From a virus (Duplodnaviria > Caudoviricetes): a DNA stretch of 36,981 nucleotides. The stretch is from IMG/VR virus record IMGVR_UViG_3300020045_003525, positions 1 to 36,981 of that record; one strand, given 5' to 3'. Shown in pieces: positions 19,133 through 27,079 of this stretch (position 1 is its first letter; the number at the start of each line of letters is the position of its first letter). A program made the translations under genes and the position numbers. Below the pieces are notes generated by a model, which was given only the letters and a program-made list of their open reading frames with translations, had not been told where the DNA came from and did no database searches.

Positions 19133-20379
19133 ATAACTATAAATCCTGTGCTTTTGTTCTGTATGACCTTCGACAACCCGTAACGGATTGCGTCAATATG
19201 GTGATTGTTCGCGTCTACTATATCAGGTAAAATCTCTTTTGTTAAGCGATCTATTTTATAGGCGTAAGTTTTAAACTCTTTGATTGTGTGTTTGCAGCGC
19301 GGATGAATGACTATTTCTTTAAACGAGCGGATGAAGGCCACGCCGTCCTCTACACTGCCCTTCCATTTCTCAACGCCCTCAATGCTAAAGCCGGCCTTGC
19401 GAACGTGGCTAATAGTCTCTGGCCGCGCACTATCCGCCCAAATCTTATAGCGGCGGCTCTCTGGTATACCGTCAAACAATTCAGGCACATCCACCGTATC
19501 GCACCCTACGGCATTGGCCTCATGGGAAATATACAACACGTCCTTATAAACATACATCTTGTTCAATGTCGTCGGGTCTTGCGAGAAGCCCCAGTCGGCC
19601 CCGAACAATGGCTCAGGCCATGCCGTGCTGATTTCAAAGGCTTCCTCGCGCCATTTTCCGTTAAATATAATCTGGTCAGCCCTGCCCACAATCTCGCCAA
19701 GATATTCATGGCGATATGCGTCATAATTGTTCCGTCTTAGGCGTTCAGCGTCATCAAGAAAGCGCTTGCCGAGCCAATGGGCAGGAACGTCCATATATGT
19801 CGAGTGATGCACATATCTGTCACTGTTTTCAGCCTTAGCCTCGTCATTGACCCATGAGTTAACATCGTTTGGCGGATTGTAGGTCAGAAATTCCGTAAAC
19901 ACATCGCCAGCACGCAAAACGGACTGCTCAACATTGCGGATTTCTTCCAAACCGCCAAATTCGTCTAATTCCTCAAACCATAGATATTTGAAATAGCCCT
20001 TTTTCACCTTGATGGATTTGAGCTTTTGCGCATTGTCCAGCCCTTTAAGGATGATTTTCTGGCCAGTGGGCTTGTAAACGAATTCAGGCGGCGAAACCTT
20101 TGTGATAAAGTAATCCTGCAAATCAAGCTCGTTTATGGCCCATGAGATATTTTCATGAATGGACGTTCTAAGCGTGTCGGACACTTTACGAAGGCATAAA
20201 GCGTTTGCCGTGGGGTCTTGGATGATACCTAGAATGATTTCAACCGCCACAAAAGACGATTTGGTAGACCCGCGCCCACCCTTAAGCCATATCTGTGAAT
20301 GTGTGTTGTTTCGTATCGCGTTGTGAACGGGATAGAATGGGGGGGCTACCTTACTTTTCAGGCTGATTGGGGATGTCAT
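19129..20379 (-). CDS. terL: Terminase large subunit, PBSX family
   Basis: LKGGRGSTKS Walker A, WFEE Walker B, TYNPP, DWGFSQDP, ADSARPETI, NHHIDAIRY motifs. Confidence 0.96.
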   Translation of the reverse strand: MTSPISLKSKVAPPFYPVHNAIRNNTHSQIWLKGGRGSTKSSFVAVEIILGIIQDPTANALCLRKVSDTLRTSIHENISWAINELDLQDYFITKVSPPEFVYKPTGQKIILKGLDNAQKLKSIKVKKGYFKYLWFEELDEFGGLEEIRNVEQSVLRAGDVFTEFLTYNPPNDVNSWVNDEAKAENSDRYVHHSTYMDVPAHWLGKRFLDDAERLRRNNYDAYRHEYLGEIVGRADQIIFNGKWREEAFEISTAWPEPLFGADWGFSQDPTTLNKMYVYKDVLYISHEANAVGCDTVDVPELFDGIPESRRYKIWADSARPETISHVRKAGFSIEGVEKWKGSVEDGVAFIRSFKEIVIHPRCKHTIKEFKTYAYKIDRLTKEILPDIVDANNHHIDAIRYGLSKVIQNKSTGFIVI

Positions 20380-20734
20380 CCTTAATCACCTTCGGGGTCT
20401 TGTCGTATATCTCTAATCGTTCCGTCCATAGCGAGATATGCTTGCCTAGTAGCTCCGCACCCTTGAGTGTGTCGCCATGCTTACCCTCTGCTTTAGCAGC
20501 CTCTACGGTTTCCTTCACAATCCTTAAAACATAATCAGCCGTTACATCGACTTTTTCAGCACGCTTTTGCATGAGTAATTGCAAATGATTCGCAATTTCA
20601 TGTTTCATAAGGTTTTCGTGACCTATGGTGTGGGCGCTTGTTGCGCTATACCCTGCACGCAATGCAGCCTGAGTGGCATTGAAATCCACCATGTATTCCA
20701 TACAGAAAAGCTCTTGTTTCGGTGTTAATGCCAT
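20351..20734 (-). CDS. terS: Terminase small subunit
   Basis: LTPKQELFC.EY.VDFNATQAA.RAGYS...A..IG.ENL and ELLGKH motifs. Confidence 0.95.
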   Translation of the reverse strand: MALTPKQELFCMEYMVDFNATQAALRAGYSATSAHTIGHENLMKHEIANHLQLLMQKRAEKVDVTADYVLRIVKETVEAAKAEGKHGDTLKGAELLGKHISLWTERLEIYDKTPKVIKDDIPNQPEK

Positions 20735-20740
20735 ACCCGC

Positions 20741-20769
20741 ATTATAGCAACGTGATTATGATTTAGCAA
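20741..20769 (-). promoter_or_regulatory. Promoter for terS/late operon (probably leaderless)
   Basis: TTGCTA-17 nt-TATAAT with an extended -10 TG; ATG only 6 nt after the -10 box. Confidence 0.6.
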
Positions 20770-20947
20770 CACCCTTAACATTATCAGTCAAAGCCCACAC
20801 CAGAGCAACAACCCATCCAAAGAATGTCCAGCCTAGGAACAGATTAAGCATTCCGATTGCGTTATCGTTTCGGTGTTTGCGCTGCCATGAAATGATAGCG
20901 GGTAAAAAGTACATAGCCACTAAGGCTAGCGCGATTATGATTTCCAT
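20756..20947 (-). CDS. imm: Superinfection immunity protein (T4 Imm-like)
   Basis: YFLPAII...RKH.N..AI..LNLFLGWTF.GWVVALVWAL signature. Confidence 0.92.
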   Translation of the reverse strand: MEIIIALALVAMYFLPAIISWQRKHRNDNAIGMLNLFLGWTFFGWVVALVWALTDNVKGVAKS

Positions 20948-21093
20948 TATTTATTTCCTCTTTCCATTTTCTCAATAAGCTCTTCTGACAAATGCGCGTA
21001 CTTATGCCGTAAATCATCGACAGTGCCGACATGCTCGATATCAGTGCTTTCAAGTGACGCTATGGTTTCAGCGTTTGGTTTATGCTCTTTCAT
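20947..21093 (-). CDS. 48-aa protein resembling the C-terminal half of DinJ/RelB antitoxins
   Basis: AGGAGG RBS before ATG at 21093; KPNAETIASLES...VGTVDDL. Confidence 0.55.
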   Translation of the reverse strand: MKEHKPNAETIASLESTDIEHVGTVDDLRHKYAHLSEELIEKMERGNK

Positions 21094-21226
21094 CTCGTGC
21101 CTCCTGAATAATCCGCCATACCTCGGCAGTGAGTTCGTTATGTGTAGGCTCACGGCCTAGTGTGCGTTTAAGTGTGTTGTGTATGGTTGACGGGTTGTTG
21201 TTGGTCCATGTGATTGCGGGGGTCAT
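21080..21226 (-). CDS. Hypothetical 48-aa phage protein
   Basis: Not in ORF track: MTPAITWTNNNPSTIHNTLKRTLGREPTHNELTAEVWRIIQEARDERA; ATGA coupling to upstream ORF. Confidence 0.65.
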   Translation of the reverse strand: MTPAITWTNNNPSTIHNTLKRTLGREPTHNELTAEVWRIIQEARDERA

Positions 21227-21402
21227 GAACCAACCCGCTTAATCTTTACACCATCTTGCACCATGGCAGCAACGTTTGCATCGCCGTATAGGTTAACCAT
21301 GCGCTCAAAGCACTCATCAAGTGTACCTTCAAAAACCAGACCATCCTTGTTTTCAAGTGCATAGGCTACGGCTTTATTGGCGATGTCGTTAAAGTTTGTC
21401 AT
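21223..21402 (-). CDS. Hypothetical 59-aa protein
   Basis: Not in ORF track: MTNFNDIANKAVAYALENKDGLVFEGTLDECFERMVNLYGDANVAAMVQDGVKIKRVGS; follows a promoter and GGAAAGGG leader. Confidence 0.65.
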   Translation of the reverse strand: MTNFNDIANKAVAYALENKDGLVFEGTLDECFERMVNLYGDANVAAMVQDGVKIKRVGS

Positions 21403-21429
21403 TGTTTAATCCCTTTCCTTGGATAACCT

Positions 21430-21458
21430 ATTTATGCATGAATGGCGAATAGGGTCAA
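21430..21458 (-). promoter_or_regulatory. Early-type promoter P1 for accessory operon
   Basis: TTGACC-16/17 nt-(C)ATAAAT; shares sequence with the promoter at 28698. Confidence 0.6.
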
Positions 21459-21572
21459 GCATAAAAATGAGGGAAAGTGAAAATAATTTAGGGTTCCCCG
21501 TATATACCGACGGGGGCGGTTGTCCTTGGTAAGGCATATCAGACTTAATCATGCCACATCATTCGGGCGGGG

Positions 21573-21977
21573 TCAATAACCCAAAATCTTTTTAATCTGG
21601 TTAAGCGCATCCATTGGGGTGCGGGCGCGGATAACATGGACAACGTGGCCGCGCTTCAAAAATTCCTTGTGTAATTCCTTTTGAACATCCGACAAAATGC
21701 CTTTGTAAGTTTTAAGCTCAAACCAGAATACCGCGCCATCTCCCTTGTTGCTTATAACCGTTAAGTCGCTCCAGCCAGCTAGGCTACCTAGTGCCTTTTG
21801 CCTTACAGCTACGCTCTTGGCCTTATTAGCCCCATTTCCGTCTGCGTGTACCAAGTACCCGTCCTTGCGTAGTTTTGAAACGACAAACATTTGGATCATG
21901 TCTTCTGACCATTTAGCAGAGGAGTCAGCAGGGTCCATTCCTAGGAATAAATCAATCATATGTAAACTTTCTTTCAT
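21573..21977 (-). CDS. VRR-NUC domain nuclease (resolvase-like)
   Basis: G..AGWSDL....FWFELKT..G.LS..QK..H motifs. Confidence 0.85.
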   Translation of the reverse strand: MKESLHMIDLFLGMDPADSSAKWSEDMIQMFVVSKLRKDGYLVHADGNGANKAKSVAVRQKALGSLAGWSDLTVISNKGDGAVFWFELKTYKGILSDVQKELHKEFLKRGHVVHVIRARTPMDALNQIKKILGY

Positions 21978-21983
21978 TTGTTG

Positions 21984-22281
21984 CGGTTAATTAACCGTTG
22001 AACGCCTTTTGGGGGCAAATTAGGCACTCCAACCTTAGTAAACATTCATTTTTCCAATTCATAGTATAAAAAGAGGGGTAGTGGCAGGCCGGGGGAGCCC
22101 ATAAAGAAGAAGAAGGGTTTCTTACTATATACTACTTTTAATACTATGAATTAAAGAAATATATATTTCTCTAAGGATAGAGATATCAATTTGCCACAAA
22201 AAAGAGGTCTAAAACCGACATTAACCAGCATTTATAGTAACCCCTCTTAAATATTATGCAAATTAGTATATATAACATCTT
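21984..22281. other. AT-rich intergenic region with inverted repeats, candidate replication origin
   Basis: Non-coding ~300 bp downstream of primase; 14-bp palindrome at 21984-21997; 17/18 IR at 22056-22073 and 22135-22152. Confidence 0.5.
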
Positions 22282-24519
22282 TTACTTTACCACCCTGTAG
22301 ATAACGGCTTTTCGTCCGGCGGTTGACCTTTGGGCAGCAGCCGTATTTGACGCTGCCGCATCAATCGAAATTCGCCCCTGATCGAGTAGCGACTCCAGAG
22401 CATCATTCCGGCGTTTGCGGTCCATCTTGCGTGTAAGGTTGTAAAGCTCGCCACCCGATATGGATCGCCCATTTGCCTTGATAATACGGTAAATGGTATT
22501 GCAATCGTCCTCATGCTGGCTCTCGTGCATGTATTCGTTGGCAAAGGCCGTCATGTAATGAATGGACTGGCTAACGACCGCTTCGCCTATATCCAGGTCC
22601 ATATCAATCATGCGTGGGACAACGGGGTCACGGCAAATGGCGAATATCATGGCAATCTTAATGACATTCTCGGTATAGCGTGCCCATAGAGCGCCCGTGG
22701 TGCGGTCTGCGCGGATTTTATCGTCCTGACCATCACCCATATCCCAAATGCGGTCCTCTAGGCCATTCCAGCTCACTGTAATGACCTCTGGCGCAATGGA
22801 CGGGCTATTGGATGCTGATAGGCCCGCAGGCATAAAGGCGGATACGGCCTCGACAAGCGCATCATGCGGCGTGCTGGCCCCTAAATATTTCCGGCGCTTG
22901 GGCAATGGGTCACCCTCAAGCACGACAAAGCGGTTAAGCTCACCGGACTGAATTGACGATTTTGTCACCGCCTCGGCATATTTGGTTCCAGTTGTCGTGC
23001 CGTAAATATTGAGATTTGGATTGATAAGCCTGATTTGCTCAACCTTGGTGTCCGCATACTGGCCGCCGATATAACTGGTCCCACTGGATGAATAAAGCTC
23101 GGTTATGATTTTAGACGCGACTTTAAGGGCGGAGCTTGATTTTTCATCCCCTATCATTTTGAGCATCATGCCGACTTCATCAAGGAACATAACCTGACTA
23201 ATGCGCTTTTGCAGCCCTGTAAGAATGCCTGGGCCGGATACGACCGCATCGGAGCCTAAATAGTCGCCAAAGCCGGAGCGCGTCATAAGGTCCTTTAGAA
23301 AACGGCGGGAATGGTCCTTGGCGGCCCCTGTATCCGCTACGCCAATTGTATAAAGATTGGTTCGCGTATTCATGGGGCTCGCGTATCTCCGACCAAATAT
23401 GCACCCGAGAACGGAAAACGTATTCAGCATGGCCAAAACTGGCTGTGGCTTCTGGCTTGTTTCTATAATGCCGCGAATGATATCGCCTGCGACCGTTGGG
23501 AATTGTAGAGGGTCAAAAAGAAGCGGTGTCTCCGATGGGCTGCGTGGCATTGGCGCTGTACTGCCATGCAGCGTTGGGTCACTGGCAAGAACGCGCTCGA
23601 TAAAGGCCCGCGCCGGATGGTCTGCCATATCAATTGGCACGTCATTTACGGACGGTTTCCAGCCGGACATTTCAGCCATGTGAACCAGCGTGCCGAACGT
23701 GATGCCGCCTCCTACATGAAATGACCGCCATTTGGCCGTCATAATAAATGGATCGTATTTCGTGCCGCGCTTGCTCCACTCATCCCACACAGAAATCGGA
23801 TAACCCTCATTATGAATGGCCATGCCGATATTGACCCATTCGTCATGACTGCAATCGGCATCAAGATAGGAAAGCAACTCGCGGATTTCATCAATAGAAA
23901 GCGCCTCATTGCCACCCATGGATGGGGTAAAGGACGGCCAGGCAGCAATGGTCCGCTTTGTTACCATGTCCAATAGCCATTGCGGCGCGTCATATATATC
24001 GGCATCAGCGTCAATCCAGTTATACTGATTCCCATTGGCGTGCTTGCTTGGCGGCGCGACTATGTAGCCGCCCTCACCGCGTACATCCAATCCGGGGGCA
24101 ACCTTACCAGCGCGAGTAAAGACCTTGCTATCAGGATAGCGGAACAATATGTGCCGCCCTCTGCCCGTGTAGCTCGTGAGCGTGTCTGGCAGCGGGCCAT
24201 TGGCGGCTGTTAATGATTGAAGGGATGATTCGCCCTCCATACCATCGACATCTAGAACGAATATATTCGATATGGGCCCAGTCGCTATGGCTAGATTATT
24301 GAACGGCTTATAAAGGCGCGTAAATGCCTCCATGTCCGTTGTGGCGTTTTTAAAGCCGTTAGGCGTAGACGGATGTTTGCCAGCGAGTACTTTGCCGCGG
24401 CTGTCTGGAACAATGCACGATTCGCGCCCGCAGGTACATTGGCCGGATGCGTTTATCCCATGGACGGGGAATACCGAAAATCCATATTGCTTGATTAGCC
24501 GTTCTGCCTCGTTTATCAT
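22282..24519 (-). CDS. Bifunctional primase-polymerase (Prim-Pol + PriCT-2 + DUF3987-like helicase domain)
   Basis: GKHP..PNG.K.ATTD, VLDVD, TGRGRH, DVRGEGGYIVAPPS.H; EWVNIGMA..KW.SF..ITFGTL (PriCT-2); LDEVG and G.LNRF in the C-terminal domain. Confidence 0.92.
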   Translation of the reverse strand: MINEAERLIKQYGFSVFPVHGINASGQCTCGRESCIVPDSRGKVLAGKHPSTPNGFKNATTDMEAFTRLYKPFNNLAIATGPISNIFVLDVDGMEGESSLQSLTAANGPLPDTLTSYTGRGRHILFRYPDSKVFTRAGKVAPGLDVRGEGGYIVAPPSKHANGNQYNWIDADADIYDAPQWLLDMVTKRTIAAWPSFTPSMGGNEALSIDEIRELLSYLDADCSHDEWVNIGMAIHNEGYPISVWDEWSKRGTKYDPFIMTAKWRSFHVGGGITFGTLVHMAEMSGWKPSVNDVPIDMADHPARAFIERVLASDPTLHGSTAPMPRSPSETPLLFDPLQFPTVAGDIIRGIIETSQKPQPVLAMLNTFSVLGCIFGRRYASPMNTRTNLYTIGVADTGAAKDHSRRFLKDLMTRSGFGDYLGSDAVVSGPGILTGLQKRISQVMFLDEVGMMLKMIGDEKSSSALKVASKIITELYSSSGTSYIGGQYADTKVEQIRLINPNLNIYGTTTGTKYAEAVTKSSIQSGELNRFVVLEGDPLPKRRKYLGASTPHDALVEAVSAFMPAGLSASNSPSIAPEVITVSWNGLEDRIWDMGDGQDDKIRADRTTGALWARYTENVIKIAMIFAICRDPVVPRMIDMDLDIGEAVVSQSIHYMTAFANEYMHESQHEDDCNTIYRIIKANGRSISGGELYNLTRKMDRKRRNDALESLLDQGRISIDAAASNTAAAQRSTAGRKAVIYRVVK

Positions 24520-24656
24520 TTCATCAATCCCCGAAGAACGGTTACAATAAAATTACTCATTGTTCGCCCTTCTTTTACTGATGTTTTCTCCAGCCATACG
24601 GCCACATCATGCGGTAAATATACGCTTTGACGCTTTGAAACTTTTTTTATTTTCAC
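24516..24656 (-). CDS. Ribbon-helix-helix (Arc/CopG-like) transcriptional regulator
   Basis: Not in ORF track: GTG start, AAGGAG RBS, MKIKKVSKRQSVYLPHDVAVWLEKTSVKEGRTMSNFIVTVLRGLMK; stop overlaps the primase ATG. Confidence 0.75.
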   Translation of the reverse strand: MKIKKVSKRQSVYLPHDVAVWLEKTSVKEGRTMSNFIVTVLRGLMK

Positions 24657-24724
24657 TGTTGACAATCTCCTTTTTGGTGTGCAAAGTAACACCATGATGA
24701 AGCGGAAATTTCATCATGTCAACA
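24657..24724. promoter_or_regulatory. Divergent control region: two facing TTGACA boxes and a 9-bp inverted-repeat operator
   Basis: TTGACA + at 24659-24664; TTGACA - at 24722-24717; CATGATGAA-N8-TTCATCATG at 24693-24718. Confidence 0.6.
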
Positions 24725-24753
24725 ATGAAACTTTGAAACGGAGAAACAAATAA

Positions 24754-25539
24754 ATGGCATTAAGCAGTATCGTAAAGCCGGAAGCGAAAGCGCCACGCAT
24801 TATCATATATGGCCCTAGTGGCATCGGCAAAAGTACATTTGCCGCACAGGCTGAAAATCCTATATTCATTCAAACAGAAGACGGCGCAGGGGCGATTGAT
24901 GTTCCTGTGTTTCCATTGGCTGCGAACTGGTCAGATGTGATGGGAAACCTTAAAGACCTAGCTACAGAAAGCCACAAATACAAAACGCTTGTTGTCGATT
25001 CAATCGACTGGATGGAGCCCATGATATGGGCGCAGGTTTGTGCTGAAAACAATGTTGACAGCATTGAGAAAGTCGGCGGCGGTTATGGCAAGGGCTATAC
25101 AATGGCGCTTGATTTGTGGCGTCAATATCTCAATGCCCTGAACTGGCTGCGCGACAATAAGGGGATGACGATTATCCAGATTGGCCATGCCGATATCAAG
25201 CGCTTTGAAGACCCACGTGCTGACGCTTATGACCGATATGTCATTAAGCTTAACCAAAAGGCGGCGGGCTTAATGATTGAGCATTCCGACATCCTAATCT
25301 TTGCCGACTATCATTTGGCAACGACCGAAACGGATATGGGATTCGGCCAAAAGCGGACACGCGCCGTTGGTGGCGGAGCGCGTATGCTTAACTTTACGGA
25401 ACGCCCAGCATTTTTGGCAAAGAATCGCTTTGGCCTGCCTGACAAAATTCCCTTTGATGCAAAGGGTGACTACTGGAATACGATTAAAAAATCCATTCCA
25501 TATTTTAACAAACCATCCACAACCACCAAGGAGAAATAA
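24754..25539 (+). CDS. AAA_24 ATPase, Sak4-like ssDNA-annealing protein
   Basis: IYGPSGIGKSTFA, TLVVDSIDW, GYGKGY, AKNRFGLP motifs. Confidence 0.9.
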   Translation: MALSSIVKPEAKAPRIIIYGPSGIGKSTFAAQAENPIFIQTEDGAGAIDVPVFPLAANWSDVMGNLKDLATESHKYKTLVVDSIDWMEPMIWAQVCAENNVDSIEKVGGGYGKGYTMALDLWRQYLNALNWLRDNKGMTIIQIGHADIKRFEDPRADAYDRYVIKLNQKAAGLMIEHSDILIFADYHLATTETDMGFGQKRTRAVGGGARMLNFTERPAFLAKNRFGLPDKIPFDAKGDYWNTIKKSIPYFNKPSTTTKEK

Positions 25540-25543
25540 ACCA

Positions 25544-26041
25544 ATGGCAACCATTAATTTTGATAGCAGCACCGTGGAAGATACAGGCGCAGGCGATTAC
25601 ACCCTCTTAGCCAAGGGCGAATATGAGGGCACGATTGTATCATCCGCCCTTAAAACCACTCAAACGGGCGGTCAATATATCGAGCTGGAATTTGATGTAT
25701 CGGGAACCAAAATCTTTGAACGCCTTAACCTGTTCCCGCCTAAAAACGCAACCGAGGGGCAGTTAAAAGCAATGGAAATTGCTAAACGCACCATGAAGCG
25801 TATCTGTGATGCGGCAGCCAAGCCTGTCATTAACGACACGGAAGAACTGCATGGCATTCCCATGATTTGCAAAGTCGATGTAGAAGCTGGCAAGCCTTAT
25901 AAAGACCGTGTTAGCGGCGAAGACAAAATGGGCTATGACCGCAATGTCATTAAGAGCTTTGCCCCACTTGGCGGCGGTTCCGATATTCCGTTTCCGGCCG
26001 GCAATACAAATGCCTCCGGCTTCCCATTTGGGGATAAATAA
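25544..26041 (+). CDS. Single-stranded DNA-binding protein (DUF669-like)
   Basis: Start MATINF after AGGAG; L..GEY...I and DTEELHG.P motifs; acidic/aromatic DIPF..FPF tail; follows Sak4. Confidence 0.85.
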   Translation: MATINFDSSTVEDTGAGDYTLLAKGEYEGTIVSSALKTTQTGGQYIELEFDVSGTKIFERLNLFPPKNATEGQLKAMEIAKRTMKRICDAAAKPVINDTEELHGIPMICKVDVEAGKPYKDRVSGEDKMGYDRNVIKSFAPLGGGSDIPFPAGNTNASGFPFGDK

Positions 26042-26043
26042 CC

Positions 26044-26922
26044 ATGGTAAAAGTGCCTACCACTGTTGAAGACCCAACATTGCTGGCAATGGACGCGGCA
26101 TTGGAGAAATCCGCCGCGTCCACCTCACGCTATTCGAGCCGCATTGGCGCGTCCCTGCTAGGTCAGGAATGCAGCCGCCGCATTTGGTATGGCTTTAGAT
26201 GGACACGCAAGGAAACAATTAACGCTGTTAGCCAGAAGCGATTTGATGATGGGCATCATTCGGAACTGGTTATGGGACAACGATTATCGCTAGTGCCCGG
26301 CATTGAGCTATTTACGACCGACCCAAAAACCAATGAGCAAATCACCTTCACCGATGCAACAGGCCATATTGTCTGCAAACTAGACGGTATTATTCGCGGG
26401 CTGATTCAATCGCCCTCTAAATGGCATATCTGGGAACATAAATGCACGAATGACAGCAAATTCCGCGAACTGGAGCGCGACAAAGTCAAAGAGGGTGAAA
26501 AAGGCGCACTTGCAAAATGGGACGCAGTTTATCACGCGCAAGCGCAAATTTCCATGTATTTTGCCAAGTTCGACCGCCATTACTTGACATGCGCGTCAGC
26601 CGGAAGCCGCGTTGAAACATCAGTTAGAACGGACGCGAATCACCAGTTTGCCGATGCGCTGATTGCAAAAGGACATAGGATTATAGAAGCCCGCGAACCG
26701 TTAACGCGCATTAGTGACGACCCCACCAATTTTAAATGTAAGTTCTGTCCGTTTCAGGCCATATGCCATGCTGGCGCGACACCGGACAGAAATTGCAGGA
26801 CATGTGCCCATAGCCGCCCAGTGGAGAACGGGCAATGGCTATGTGGCAAGCACGGGAATATTTTAACATTAGAAGAGCAATTGAAAGGATGCGATGATTA
26901 TGAGCGACTTGAAACAATATGA
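26044..26922 (+). CDS. PD-(D/E)xK exonuclease, Cas4/RecB-like
   Basis: GAS.LG.EC.RRIWY, LDG, WEHK, Q.Q..M and CKFCPF..IC plus CRTC cysteine motifs. Confidence 0.85.
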   Translation: MVKVPTTVEDPTLLAMDAALEKSAASTSRYSSRIGASLLGQECSRRIWYGFRWTRKETINAVSQKRFDDGHHSELVMGQRLSLVPGIELFTTDPKTNEQITFTDATGHIVCKLDGIIRGLIQSPSKWHIWEHKCTNDSKFRELERDKVKEGEKGALAKWDAVYHAQAQISMYFAKFDRHYLTCASAGSRVETSVRTDANHQFADALIAKGHRIIEAREPLTRISDDPTNFKCKFCPFQAICHAGATPDRNCRTCAHSRPVENGQWLCGKHGNILTLEEQLKGCDDYERLETI

Positions 26923-27079
26923 AGGTAAGTTATTTGAAAGGCCGTGTCGATATTGCGGTGTTATTGATTCCGTCATCATTGAGGGAAAAGGCCCTCATTT
27001 ACTCGGTTTAAAATGCACTGGCTGTGAACGCCATAATGGCTGGTTAGGTCATAAAGCCATTAGCACGATTGTTTTATAA
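26900..27079 (+). CDS. Small zinc-ribbon protein
   Basis: CRYCG...GPH....CTGC.RH.GW. Confidence 0.65.
   Translation: MSDLKQYEGKLFERPCRYCGVIDSVIIEGKGPHLLGLKCTGCERHNGWLGHKAISTIVL

Noticed and set aside
9328-20379. Gene transfer agent cluster
   Set aside because: Modules are GTA-like, but linked replication genes, early genes and homing endonucleases indicate a true phage.
25301-25543. N-terminal extension of the SSB ORF in the ORF track
   Set aside because: Overlaps the Sak4-like gene; the RBS supports a start at 25544.
26044-26922. Cas4-like gene as evidence of CRISPR-Cas
   Set aside because: No repeat-spacer array or other cas genes; it is a standard member of Sak4-SSB-nuclease-helicase modules.
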